Positions 1-8,385 are shown, counted from the stretch's first letter. The stretch is DNA of 32,000 nt from Halorhodospira halophila SL1 (GCF_000015585.1 NC_008789.1:1740001-1772000), one strand, 5' to 3'. Notes: generated by a model from the sequence alone, not told the origin. Translations and numbers: made by a program.

Positions 1-1
1 G

Positions 2-703
2 CGCCTGCAGCGGTGGATCGGCGGCCCCTGGTACGCCGGTGTGCGCTGGGACGCCGGTCGTTACGACCTGGAAGACGTGGAGGCAGGCGGCGAGGTGGAG
101 GCGTATTACGAGGACCGCCGACTCCCGGAGGAGAACCGCCTGCACGGGCTCGGTGCCGTCCTCTCCCAGGATACCCGCAGCGGCCCGTTCTTCCCCACCG
201 CCGGCAGCCGCACGGAACTCGCCGCAGTGGCCTTCCCCGAAGGCTTCGGGGCCGATCAGTCATTCAGCACCCTGGAGCTCGACCACCGCCACTATCTCGG
301 CATCGGCGAACGGCACGCGGTAGCGCTGCAGTTCGTCGGCGAATACGCCGGCGATGACGCCCCCCTGCCCTTCCAGCCCCGGCTCGGCGGAACCAGCCTG
401 CGAGGATTCTACGAGGGCCGATACACCGACAACGTGTTGCTCGCCGGACAGGCCGAGTGGCGATTCCCCATCGCCCGGCGCTGGCAGGGTGCCGCCTTCG
501 TGGGCGCCGGTGAGGTCTTCCCGAGTCTGTCCGACGCCTCGACCGAGCACCTGAAGTACGGCCTCGGCGGCGGTCTGCGATACGTGCTCGTACCGGACGC
601 GGGCATCCACCTGCGTCTCGACTTCGCCCGCGGGTACGCCCGGGGGGCGGCCGAGGATGGCGACGGCCTGGCCGTCTATTTCAACCTGGGCGAGGCGTTC
701 TGA
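2..703 (+). CDS. Omp85/BamA-family (surface antigen D15-type) outer-membrane beta-barrel protein, C-terminal part. The 5' end lies outside the window.
   Basis: The frame is open from the window edge; the track's M at 41 is an internal GTG. It has an alternating beta-strand pattern and a GGTSLRGFYEG motif. The C-terminus ...VYFNLGEAF ends in Phe, the typical OMP beta-signal. Confidence 0.6.
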   Translation, partial: RLQRWIGGPWYAGVRWDAGRYDLEDVEAGGEVEAYYEDRRLPEENRLHGLGAVLSQDTRSGPFFPTAGSRTELAAVAFPEGFGADQSFSTLELDHRHYLGIGERHAVALQFVGEYAGDDAPLPFQPRLGGTSLRGFYEGRYTDNVLLAGQAEWRFPIARRWQGAAFVGAGEVFPSLSDASTEHLKYGLGGGLRYVLVPDAGIHLRLDFARGYARGAAEDGDGLAVYFNLGEAF

Positions 704-779
704 CCTGGCGCGGCGAATGGGCGCGGCCGACTGTCACGCCCGCTTGACGCCAGGGATCAGGCCTCCTTACTGTACCGTC

Positions 780-1697
780 ATGTCCGGGGCAGCTCATCCT
801 CAGTCCGCGCGCACGCGGCCGCGTCTCGCCACGGTGTTCGAGATCATGCATCCGATCACCTGGTTCGCGCCGATGTGGGCATTCGCTTGCGGCGTCATCT
901 CGGCGGGTGTCGCGCCCGAGGGAATCCACTGGCTCATGATCGCCGCTGGCGTCCTGCTAGCCGGTCCGCTGGTCTGTGGTACCAGCCAGATCGTGAACGA
1001 CTGGTACGACCGCCACGTGGACGCCCTCAACGAACCCGACCGCCCGATCCCTTCGGGGCGAATGCCCGGGCAATGGGGCCTCTACCTAGGGATCGCCACG
1101 ACGGGCCTCGCGCTGCTGGTCGCAGCGGCCCTCGGACCGGTGGTCTTCCTGGCCGCCTGCGTCGGCCTCTTTCTGGCCTGGGCCTACAGCGCACCACCGC
1201 TGCGTCTCAAGCGCAACGGCTGGATCAGCAATGCCGCCGTGGGTCTTTCCTACGAGGGGCTGCCCTGGGTCACCGGCGCGGCGATCATGGCCACGGGCCT
1301 GCCCGACTGGCGGATCCTGATCGTGGCCCTGCTCTACAGCATCGGCGCCCACGGCATCATGACCCTCAACGATTTCAAGGCGATCGACGGCGACCGGCAG
1401 ATGGGGCTCAAGACCGTGCCCGTCCACCTCGGGGCGCAGAACGCCGCACGCCTGGCCTGTGTGGTCATGGCCCTGCCGCAAGTGGCAGTGATCAGCCTGC
1501 TGCTTGCCTGGGATCAACCCTGGCACGCCCTGATTGTCGGTGGCCTGCTCGCCGCTCAGTTGCTGCTCATGGTCCGCTTGCTGCGTGATCCCAAGGCGTA
1601 CGCCCCCTGGTACAACGCCACCGGCACCACCCTCTACGTGCTCGGTATGCTGGCTTCGGCGTTCGCGCTGGGCGGCATGCTCGGAGGCAGCGCATGA
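780..1697 (+). CDS. bchG: Bacteriochlorophyll synthase (UbiA-type prenyltransferase)
   Basis: NDWYDRHVDALNEPDRPIPSGR motif and multiple TM segments. The N-terminal ...FEIMHPITWFAPMWAF aligns with BchG/ChlG N-termini. ATG at 780 is chosen over the longer track ORF (657), which would overlap the upstream OMP gene. Stop overlaps the next start (ATGA at 1694-1697). Confidence 0.9.
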   Translation: MSGAAHPQSARTRPRLATVFEIMHPITWFAPMWAFACGVISAGVAPEGIHWLMIAAGVLLAGPLVCGTSQIVNDWYDRHVDALNEPDRPIPSGRMPGQWGLYLGIATTGLALLVAAALGPVVFLAACVGLFLAWAYSAPPLRLKRNGWISNAAVGLSYEGLPWVTGAAIMATGLPDWRILIVALLYSIGAHGIMTLNDFKAIDGDRQMGLKTVPVHLGAQNAARLACVVMALPQVAVISLLLAWDQPWHALIVGGLLAAQLLLMVRLLRDPKAYAPWYNATGTTLYVLGMLASAFALGGMLGGSA

Positions 1698-3037
1698 GCG
1701 CACCCGACATCGGCTGGCTGGGGATCCTCCGGCTCGGCCTCGTCCAGACTGCTCTGGGCGCCGTGGTGGTCCTCACCACCACCACCCTCAATCGCGTCAT
1801 GATCGTTGAGCTGGCCCTGCCGGCGATGCTCCCCGGCATGCTGGTCGGCTTCCACTATGCGGTGCAGATCCTTCGTCCGCGCCTGGGCTACGGGTCCGAT
1901 GTGGGCGGACGGCGAACCCCCTGGATCCTCGGCGGGATTCTGGTCCTCGCCGCCGGCGGTGTCACCGCCTCGTTTGCGACCGCCATGATGGAGACCAACA
2001 CCGCAGGCGGTGTTGCGCTGGCAACGGTCGCGTTTCTCATGATCGGTGCCGGCGTCAGCAGCGCCGGCACCGCATTGCTGGCGCTCCTCGCCACCCGGGT
2101 GGCCCCGGAGCGCCGCGCCCCGGCTGCGATGGTCACCTGGGTGATGATGATCGCCGGCTTTGCCGTAACCGCCGGCACCGCCGGGCACTTCCTCGATCCC
2201 TTCTCCATGGAACGCCTGGTGGCTGTCACGAGCGTCGTCTGCGCCCTGGCGGTCCTTCTGGCCTTCGTGGCCGTCTGGGGCGTCGAGGGCGAGGGCCGGC
2301 AGAGCGTCGGCAACAACGCGCCGAACACACCGACCACCCCCTTCTTCCAGGCCCTCGGCCAGATCTGGGACGAACCGAAGGCACGGCGATTCACCATCTT
2401 CGTGTTCTTCTCCATGCTCGCCTACAACTCCCAGGATCTGATCCTCGAGCCCTTCGCCGGTCTGGTCTTCGGCCTGACCCCGGGGCAATCGACGCAACTG
2501 GGCGGCTTTCAGAACGGCGGTGTCCTCGCCGGCATGCTCCTGGCTGCTCTCGCGGGTCGCGGCAAACTGGGCAGCTTGCGGGCCTGGACCATCGGCGGCT
2601 GTATCGCCTCGGCCATTGCCCTGGCCAACCTGATCGTCGTCGCCGGGCTGCAGGATCTGTGGTGGGAGAGCGTCTCCGACAGCGGCCTCTGGCGCGTCGG
2701 GCTCCCCGTGCTGGCCCTGGGGGCGGCCAATGGCGCCTTCGCCGTAGCTGCCATCGGCTCCATGATGCGTCTAGCCAGCGAAGGCCGGGAGCGACGGGAG
2801 GGTGTCCGAGTCGGCCTCTGGGGCGCGGCACAGGCGATCGCCTTCGGCCTCGGTGGCTTCCTGGGCACCGTGGGCGTCGACGCCATCCGCTATCTGGCCG
2901 GTGACGAAACGGCCGGTTACTCCATGGTCTTCGGGCTCGCCGCCCTCCTCTTCCTGGTCTCGGCCTGGCTCGCCGCCCGGGTGGACCGCGTGCGCGAGAC
3001 TGACCAGAAATACGGCACCGCCACAGCAGGGAGCTGA
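1694..3037 (+). CDS. PucC/LhaA-family MFS protein (BCD family), in the position of Rhodobacter 'orf428' between bchG and bchP
   Basis: 447 aa, about 12 hydrophobic helices, Gly/Ala-rich MFS-like sequence. Conserved synteny bchG-orf428-bchP. Translationally coupled on both sides (ATGA at 1694; TGATG at 3035-3039). Confidence 0.8.
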   Translation: MSAPDIGWLGILRLGLVQTALGAVVVLTTTTLNRVMIVELALPAMLPGMLVGFHYAVQILRPRLGYGSDVGGRRTPWILGGILVLAAGGVTASFATAMMETNTAGGVALATVAFLMIGAGVSSAGTALLALLATRVAPERRAPAAMVTWVMMIAGFAVTAGTAGHFLDPFSMERLVAVTSVVCALAVLLAFVAVWGVEGEGRQSVGNNAPNTPTTPFFQALGQIWDEPKARRFTIFVFFSMLAYNSQDLILEPFAGLVFGLTPGQSTQLGGFQNGGVLAGMLLAALAGRGKLGSLRAWTIGGCIASAIALANLIVVAGLQDLWWESVSDSGLWRVGLPVLALGAANGAFAVAAIGSMMRLASEGRERREGVRVGLWGAAQAIAFGLGGFLGTVGVDAIRYLAGDETAGYSMVFGLAALLFLVSAWLAARVDRVRETDQKYGTATAGS

Positions 3038-4254
3038 TGCTCATGAACCATTCGCAGAACGCCGAGCGCTTCGATGTCGCCGTGGTCGGTGGTGGCCCTG
3101 CAGGTGCTACCGCGGCCCGCCATCTCGCCCAGCAGGGGCACGAGGTACTGCTCCTCGATCGCCCCGGCCGTATTAAACCGTGTGGCGGTGCGATCCCGCC
3201 GCGGGCCGTGCAGGACTTCGAGATCCCGGACGACATGATCTGCGCGACAGTGGGCTCCGCCCGCATGGTCTCGCCGTCGGATCGCCACGTGGACATGCCG
3301 ATCCAGGACGGGTATGTCGGCATGGTCGATCGCGAGGTATTTGATGAGTGGCTGCGCAGCCGGGCTGCCGAAGCGGGCGCCCAACGTCGCGATGCCACGT
3401 TCAAGCACCTTGAAGAAGGCGACGGCGGCGTGTATATCCGCTATGCCCAAGGCCGGGGCGGCGCCGACGCCGAAACCCGGCAGGTCTGGGCGCGGGTGGT
3501 GATCGGAGCGGATGGCGCCAACTCCGCCGTCGGGCGCCAGGCCATCGAGGGCGCTACCGAGATCCCCCAGGTCGCGGCCTACCATGAGATTATCGAGGCC
3601 CCAGCCGCCGGCGAGGACGACCGCTTCGACCCCCGGCGGGCGGATGTTTACTACCGCGGCTCGATCTCACCGGATTTCTACGGCTGGATCTTCCCCCACG
3701 GCGACACCGTCAGTGTCGGCGCCGGCAGCGCGGTCAAGGGGTTCTCCCTGCGCTCTGCGGTGGAGAAGCTGCGTCAAGACGCCGGACTCGACCAAGCGAA
3801 GACTCTGCGCCGCGAAGGGGCACCCATCCCTATGCACCCCCTCAAGCGCTGGGACAATGGTCGAAACGTGGTCCTGGCGGGGGACGCCGCCGGTACGGTG
3901 GCCCCAGCCTCCGGCGAGGGGATCTACTACGCCATGGTCGGCGGCCAGTATGCTGCCGAGGCCGTGGAGCGGGCCCTCGCCACCGGGGACGGCGCTGCCC
4001 TCGCCCAAGCCGAGAAGGCCTTCACCCGGGATCACGGCCAGGTCTTCCGCGTTCTAGGGGTGATGCAACGCTTCTGGTACACCAACAATAACCGCCGGGA
4101 GCGCTTCGTGCGGATCTGCGCCGACCCCGACGTTCAGGCCCTGACCTGGGACGCCTACATGAACAAGCGCCTCGTTCGCGCTCGTCCGCTCGCGCACATG
4201 CGGATCTTCTTCAAGAACATCGCTCACCTGACCGGGCTTGCCCCGGTCCGCTAA
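3037..4254 (+). CDS. bchP: Geranylgeranyl-bacteriochlorophyll / geranylgeranyl diphosphate reductase
   Basis: N-terminal FAD fold FDVAVVGGGPAGATAA and a GDAAG motif; 405 aa; synteny after bchG-orf428. The start could instead be the second ATG at 3043, which is better spaced from AGGGAG. Confidence 0.9.
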   Translation: MLMNHSQNAERFDVAVVGGGPAGATAARHLAQQGHEVLLLDRPGRIKPCGGAIPPRAVQDFEIPDDMICATVGSARMVSPSDRHVDMPIQDGYVGMVDREVFDEWLRSRAAEAGAQRRDATFKHLEEGDGGVYIRYAQGRGGADAETRQVWARVVIGADGANSAVGRQAIEGATEIPQVAAYHEIIEAPAAGEDDRFDPRRADVYYRGSISPDFYGWIFPHGDTVSVGAGSAVKGFSLRSAVEKLRQDAGLDQAKTLRREGAPIPMHPLKRWDNGRNVVLAGDAAGTVAPASGEGIYYAMVGGQYAAEAVERALATGDGAALAQAEKAFTRDHGQVFRVLGVMQRFWYTNNNRRERFVRICADPDVQALTWDAYMNKRLVRARPLAHMRIFFKNIAHLTGLAPVR

Positions 4255-4264
4255 CCCACCTCGG

Positions 4265-4299
4265 GGCAGTCTTCGGCCTCCCCGGGCCGTGCGACTGCC
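4265..4299 (+). terminator. Stem-loop 11 nt after the bchP stop (GGCAGTC...GACTGCC with inner CGGCC/GGCCG). No U-tract; followed by a C-rich tract.
   Basis: Inverted repeat read directly from the sequence. bchP stop TAA is at 4252-4254. Confidence 0.35.
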
Positions 4300-4401
4300 C
4301 CCGGCGCTTCAAACCCCACCCCCCCTGCCTGCATGGCCCCGTCTCCCTGACCCGCCGCCATGCCCCCCCAGCGGACCGTACACTTCCGTCTACAAACGCA
4401 C

Positions 4402-4430
4402 AAAAAAACGGCGCCCGGAGGCGCCGTTTT
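4402..4430. terminator. Bidirectional intrinsic terminator between convergent bchP and pufC
   Basis: AAAAAAA-CGGCGCC-cgga-GGCGCCG-TTTT: a perfect 7-bp GC stem with a 4-nt loop, flanked by an A-run and a T-run, so it reads as hairpin plus U-tract on both strands. Confidence 0.8.
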
Positions 4431-4442
4431 AAAGGACGGTAC

Positions 4443-4465
4443 CCGGAGGCCGAAACGGCCACCGG
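4443..4465 (-). terminator. Weak stem-loop just downstream of the pufC stop (CCGGaGGCC-gaaac-GGCCaCCGG)
   Basis: Inverted repeat with one mismatch, about 15 nt after the pufC stop (4480-4482) on the minus strand. Confidence 0.3.
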
Positions 4466-4479
4466 TTCGATCCCTGCGC

Positions 4480-5568
4480 TTACTCGGCGTCGCGGTCGCG
4501 GAGACCCTCCGTGCCGAGATCACCGAACTGCAGGAAGTCGAAGTCCTCGTCCTCCTCGCCCATCAGGCCCGGATAGTCATCGACCATCTTGGCCCCGTCC
4601 AGCGGCAGCTGCTCACCGTAGTGGCAGGTGGCGCACTGGACCTTGGCGATGTCACCAGTCGGCCCCAGGCGGACGTCGGGCTGACCAGCCTCCAGCGGCT
4701 CCATCCAGTTGGCGTTGATGTCACGCGTCATCCGGATGCCGTGCCAGGAGATCTCCCGCTCCACCGGGCTCTCGTCCCACTGCCCCAGACGGCCGGTATT
4801 GTGGCACGTGGTGCAGTTGGAGCCGGTCGCGTCGGACATATGCATCATCAGGCCGTAGGAGGCCTCGGTGTCCTGCAGCGAGACGTCCCACTCGTCCAGG
4901 TTGGGGAGAATCGTGTCACCCTCGACCCGCAGATCGTCGTGGCCAAGCAGATAGCGCTCGAACACGTTCCGCGGCAGCGAGGTGAACCCCACCTTCTCGC
5001 TGGCCAGGTTCTGCATCTGGTCGTTGCCAAGCCCATGGACGTTGAAATCCAGCTCAGGCTCGGCGAACCAGCTCTCCTCCGGCAGATTCTCGCCACGGTG
5101 ACACGTGTAGCAGGTCACGCCCGTGTCATCCATGTGGCTTTCCCAGTTGGCGTTCACGTACCGATTCATCTCGATCATCTGCCGAGAGACTTGGTACGTG
5201 TACAGCTCCTCGCTGGCGAAGTCGTTGCCGTCGTGGCAATAAGTGCATCCCTCATCCGGCGCCACCCAGTCGGTCATGCTCTGCATGAGCCGGGTAAACT
5301 CGGCGACGCTCAGGTCGGTGAGCACCTCGACGTTCTGGTAGATCTCGCCAGCCTTGGGGCCCTCGGCCGAGACCGGGTCCGCCGCCTCCGGCGCCAGGTG
5401 GAGGTCATCGTCCCGCAGCCGCGGGTTGGTGACCTCTTCCATGCCGGTGCCACGGTACCCCTTCTGCTCGGAGTCCACCGGGGGGCGCTCGCACCCCACG
5501 ACGACCGCGAGGCCGGCGGACAGGGCACCAACTGCCAAGGATCGGTTCAGATACATTTTACTGCTCAT
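4480..5568 (-). CDS. pufC: Reaction-centre tetraheme cytochrome c subunit, probable lipoprotein
   Basis: Four CxxCH motifs (CTYCH, CYTCH, CTTCH, CATCH). The start at ATG 5568 overlaps the pufM stop (TGATG). Signal peptide [26 protein letters not shown] carries a lipobox Cys. Synteny pufLMC. Confidence 0.92.
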   Translation of the reverse strand: MSSKMYLNRSLAVGALSAGLAVVVGCERPPVDSEQKGYRGTGMEEVTNPRLRDDDLHLAPEAADPVSAEGPKAGEIYQNVEVLTDLSVAEFTRLMQSMTDWVAPDEGCTYCHDGNDFASEELYTYQVSRQMIEMNRYVNANWESHMDDTGVTCYTCHRGENLPEESWFAEPELDFNVHGLGNDQMQNLASEKVGFTSLPRNVFERYLLGHDDLRVEGDTILPNLDEWDVSLQDTEASYGLMMHMSDATGSNCTTCHNTGRLGQWDESPVEREISWHGIRMTRDINANWMEPLEAGQPDVRLGPTGDIAKVQCATCHYGEQLPLDGAKMVDDYPGLMGEEDEDFDFLQFGDLGTEGLRDRDAE

Positions 5569-6539
5569 CACTCCGTCCCCCCTGCTGCCGGATCCACTGC
5601 CGGTGTGAAGAACTCCGGATACTCGGGGGCAATGCCGTGGTGGACACCCCACAGGTACCAGTTCTCAACCACGGTGCCGGTCAGCAGGATACCGATGCCA
5701 CCCGTAATCACGCAGAGGATGGCGAACCAGTAACCCCACCGGTGGATGGACTCCATCGTGGCGTTGAAGCCCATGGTCCAGCGCCAGAACAGCGCCGAAC
5801 GCTCCGCAGCGGTACCGCGGTCAGTGATCTGATCGATCTCACGCTCCGCGTTGTAGCGACCCGCCGCCAGAATGGTGGCGCCGTGCATCGCGAACAGCAG
5901 AGCCGAGCCGAACAGGAACACGATCGACAGCATGTGGAACGGGTTGTAGTAGAGGTTCCCGTACCGCAGCGAGAAGGCCGTGGTCCAATCGAGGTGCGGG
6001 AAGATGCCGAACGGCACGCTCTTCGCCCAGCTGCCCATCAGCACCGGCCAGATGAAGCCGATGGCGAGGAACAGGAAGATCGCAGCAGCGAAGGCCCAAG
6101 CCACGTGCGTCCCCAGCCCGAGCGCACGCGCCCGGTTATAGGTCCGCACCCACCACAGCAGGATCGACAGGGTCAGCGTGAAGCCGGCGATCAGCCACCA
6201 GCCACCGTCGTTAAGCGGCGGGAGGCTAAGGCCGTACTCCGGCGGCGGCGGCTCCAGCGCCACCCAGAAGAACTGACGAATCCACTCAATCGGGCTCCAG
6301 TCCACGGACGCCAGCATGTTCATGCCAATGATGACGATGGACAGGAGACCGAAGAGGATCGACATCACACCGGTGGTGCCGAGGTAGATCGGGCCGACCT
6401 GTGCGTCGCCGATCTTCCCGAGCAACCAGGAGTGCGTCGACCCCTTGGTCCGCGGCCAGTCGGCGGCCGGGAGCTCTACGCCCGGATCCGTCGGGCCCCG
6501 GACCTGAACACGGGTAAAGATATTCTGATACTCAGCCAT
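5568..6539 (-). CDS. pufM: Photosynthetic reaction-centre M subunit
   Basis: N-terminal [16 protein letters not shown]..., five TM helices, conserved His ligands, typical type-II RC M sequence. Follows pufL by 6 nt. Confidence 0.97.
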   Translation of the reverse strand: MAEYQNIFTRVQVRGPTDPGVELPAADWPRTKGSTHSWLLGKIGDAQVGPIYLGTTGVMSILFGLLSIVIIGMNMLASVDWSPIEWIRQFFWVALEPPPPEYGLSLPPLNDGGWWLIAGFTLTLSILLWWVRTYNRARALGLGTHVAWAFAAAIFLFLAIGFIWPVLMGSWAKSVPFGIFPHLDWTTAFSLRYGNLYYNPFHMLSIVFLFGSALLFAMHGATILAAGRYNAEREIDQITDRGTAAERSALFWRWTMGFNATMESIHRWGYWFAILCVITGGIGILLTGTVVENWYLWGVHHGIAPEYPEFFTPAVDPAAGGTE

Positions 6540-6545
6540 TTCTGA

Positions 6546-7376
6546 TTACCCCCCCCAGGACCAGATCGGGACGTTGAGCCACCAGTTCCACCACTCGGGC
6601 CAACCGCGGGTCCAGAACGGGCCGCTAATGATGATGCACACGGCACTCCAGAAAGCGGCGTTCAGGGCCAGGAACAGGCCGAGACGGTGGATACCCAGGC
6701 TGCCGATCGAGTAGCCGACGACGTCGCGGAAGAAGGTATTCTCATGCTCCGCGGTCTTCACCGACTCGCCCTTCTTCGGGTTGGTGACCGACAGGATCAA
6801 GCCACCGTGCAGGGCCAGGGCCAGGGTGGTGGTGAAGAAGAAGGTCACGGCCAGCATGTGGGCCGGGTTGTAGTGGAAGTGGAGGTACTGGTACCCCACG
6901 TTCGACACCCAATCCAGGTGGCTCAGGATCCCGTACGGGAACCCATGCCCCCAGGCGCCCATCAGAAGCGGCCGGAAGACCACCAGCGTCGCGTAGGCCA
7001 GGATCGCGACCGCGAAGGCCACCGGCACGTGATAGCCCATGCCGAGCTTCTTGGAGATCTCCGCCTGACGCAGGGCCCACGCAATGAAGGCGCCCAGGGC
7101 GCAGACGGTGATGATCTGCCAGAGGCCGCCCTCCATCATGGGCGCAAGGGCCAGCCCATAGCTCAGGTCAGGTGGGGCAATGGAGATCTGCCACAGATTG
7201 AAGGTGTCTTGCGAAGCACCGTAGATGATCAGGACGGTGCCAAGGACCGCGAAGATCGCCGTAAGCACCCCGAAGATGCCCACGTAGAACGGCCCAATCC
7301 AAAAGTCAAACAAGTCCCCTCCGAGGAGTGTACCTCCTCGGACACGGTATTTTTTTTCAAAGTCGAGCATCGCCAT
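6546..7376 (-). CDS. pufL: Photosynthetic reaction-centre L subunit
   Basis: N-terminal [33 protein letters not shown], a hallmark PufL sequence. 276 aa. GAGGA Shine-Dalgarno upstream. Confidence 0.97.
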   Translation of the reverse strand: MAMLDFEKKYRVRGGTLLGGDLFDFWIGPFYVGIFGVLTAIFAVLGTVLIIYGASQDTFNLWQISIAPPDLSYGLALAPMMEGGLWQIITVCALGAFIAWALRQAEISKKLGMGYHVPVAFAVAILAYATLVVFRPLLMGAWGHGFPYGILSHLDWVSNVGYQYLHFHYNPAHMLAVTFFFTTTLALALHGGLILSVTNPKKGESVKTAEHENTFFRDVVGYSIGSLGIHRLGLFLALNAAFWSAVCIIISGPFWTRGWPEWWNWWLNVPIWSWGG

Positions 7377-7438
7377 GGCTGGGTCCTCACATCACGGGCA
7401 ACACGGCGCCTCAGGGATCCCGGAGCCTTCGGCGAGCG

Positions 7439-7495
7439 ACCGCCCCGAGTGTGAGTCACACCGGGGCGGTCCTCCCGAAGAGCCGGGGGCTCGGG
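7439..7495 (-). promoter_or_regulatory. Two intercistronic RNA stem-loops directly after pufA; likely mRNA-stabilising / partial terminator element
   Basis: 7439-7470: ACCGCCCCG(A)GTGTGA / TCACACCGGGGCGGT, about 13-15 bp with one bulge. 7474-7495: CCC-gaa-GAGCC ggg GGCTC-GGG. They begin 4 nt after the pufA stop (7499-7501) on the mRNA strand. Confidence 0.6.
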
Positions 7496-7498
7496 TGC

Positions 7499-7702
7499 TT
7501 AGACCTCCCGCTGCTGCGGCATAACCGCAGCCTCGGCGACCTCGGCAGCCGACTCGGCGTTGCCGTAGGGGTTACCCTCGAGCCAGTTGAAGGACTCCGT
7601 GCTCAGGAGGATAAAGTGAATAAGCAGAGCCAGGACGGCCATGCCCACGTGGGCCAGAACCACCGTACGGCGATAGTCGAGGATCTTCCACATTCTCCAC
7701 AT
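7499..7702 (-). CDS. pufA: Light-harvesting 1 alpha polypeptide
   Basis: MWRMWKILDYRR...LALLIHFILLSTESFNWLEG, the canonical LH1-alpha sequence with the BChl-binding His. AAGGAGA Shine-Dalgarno overlaps the pufB stop region. Confidence 0.95.
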   Translation of the reverse strand: MWRMWKILDYRRTVVLAHVGMAVLALLIHFILLSTESFNWLEGNPYGNAESAAEVAEAAVMPQQREV

Positions 7703-7714
7703 GATTACGTCTCC

Positions 7715-7939
7715 TTAAGCAGCGATGGGCGCGATGGATTGAACAGCGGCGGTGACGGCGTTGGCACCCTCGATCAGAGCAGCACCGAAGCCCTCGTCAC
7801 CCGGGATCCACGGACGCCACGCCCAGGCCAGGATGTGCGCCACGACGGCGACACCGACATAGACCGTGAAGGCCTGAGAGAACATCGCGTGAAACTCTTT
7901 GGCTTCCTCGTCGCTAACGTTCCGCATCTCGTCAGCCAT
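7715..7939 (-). CDS. pufB: Light-harvesting 1 beta polypeptide with a long C-terminal extension
   Basis: ...EEAKEFHAMF...VAVVAHILAWAWRPW, the canonical LH-beta core with both His residues. GGAGGAAG Shine-Dalgarno upstream. 28 residues follow the WRPW motif. Confidence 0.93.
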   Translation of the reverse strand: MADEMRNVSDEEAKEFHAMFSQAFTVYVGVAVVAHILAWAWRPWIPGDEGFGAALIEGANAVTAAVQSIAPIAA

Positions 7940-7970
7940 AATTACTTCCTCCGTTCGACTTTTCGCCTGC

Positions 7971-8044
7971 GCCGCGCGCCCCCGCGCGGCTCGGGTTGGT
8001 CACCACGCTTGGTGGTGTTTTTCCCGACCGAGGACCGATCCTCG
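7971..8044 (-). promoter_or_regulatory. Structured pufB 5' leader: three stem-loops between the pufQ-like ORF and pufB
   Basis: GCCGCGCG-cccc-CGCGCGGC (7971-7990); CACCAC-gcttg-GTGGTG (8001-8017), followed on the + strand by TTTTT; CGAGGA-ccga-TCCTCG (8029-8044). Confidence 0.45.
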
Positions 8045-8104
8045 ATCAGAAAAATCGGTTGTTCGTTCGCTCCACGCCCGCGAGCTGCGACTTGATGCCG
8101 CGCA

Positions 8105-8338
8105 TCAGCTCATGAAGGCGAAAGGGACTGACGTCTGAGCCGCCGCGCGAGCCTCGGCAATCACCGACTGCCGCTCGCCCTGGCGCGGCGCGGCACGCCA
8201 GCGTGCCGGGACGAGCCGAGACAGGACCGCGCCGATCAGGAAGATCGCGAAGCTGACGGCCATCAGCAGGCGGTACTGTGTCTCTTCCTTGCGGCGGGCT
8301 CGCGCTGAGTTCGGCCGTGCTTTGACTGCGTGTGCCAT
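8105..8338 (-). CDS. pufQ: PufQ-like small membrane protein
   Basis: 77 aa located between bchZ and pufB. Basic N-terminus, one TM helix (LLMAVSFAIFLIGAVL) and a C-terminal ...ERQSVIAEARAAAQTSVPFAFMS, which resembles my recollection of Rhodobacter PufQ (...ERGPIARAW..A..ITP.IF.A). GAGGAGG Shine-Dalgarno 7 nt upstream. Confidence 0.6.
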   Translation of the reverse strand: MAHAVKARPNSARARRKEETQYRLLMAVSFAIFLIGAVLSRLVPARWRAAPRQGERQSVIAEARAAAQTSVPFAFMS

Positions 8339-8385
8339 CGGAGTGCCTCCTCTCGTCGAACTCTCCGCTGCGCCTCTACCCGTCT

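Noticed and set aside
657-779. Longer bchG start at 657 (or ATG at 717)
   Set aside because: A start at 657 overlaps the upstream OMP gene by 47 nt and adds residues not matching BchG N-termini. ATG at 780 gives an N-terminal length comparable to known BchG. ATG at 717 cannot be fully excluded.
2391-3404. 337-aa minus-strand Arg/Pro-rich ORF; similar ORFs at 10198..11037, 10614..11306 and 14742..15449
   Set aside because: These are out-of-frame or antisense readings of well-supported genes (the PucC-like gene and bchP, bchY, crtE). Their extreme Arg/Pro/Gly bias is characteristic of non-coding frames in GC-rich DNA.
4360-5733. 457-aa plus-strand ORF
   Set aside because: It lies entirely antisense to pufC and the pufM end, which are securely identified by four CxxCH motifs and RC M homology. 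Its sequence is Leu/Val/Arg/Gly/Pro-rich with no recognisable motif. It is a typical mirror-frame ORF of a GC-rich genome.
5637-7454. Plus-strand ORFs 5637..6545 (302 aa) and 6687..7454 (255 aa)
   Set aside because: They are antisense to pufM and pufL. They are rich in Arg/Asp/Glu/His/Pro, unlike any known protein family, and are fully covered by near-certain RC genes.
8001-8022. Hairpin CACCAC-gcttg-GTGGTG followed by TTTTT, which looks like a plus-strand intrinsic terminator
   Set aside because: No plus-strand gene ends upstream of it, and it lies in the minus-strand pufB leader. The stem is only 6 bp. I kept it only as part of the leader structure; at most it might stop antisense transcription.
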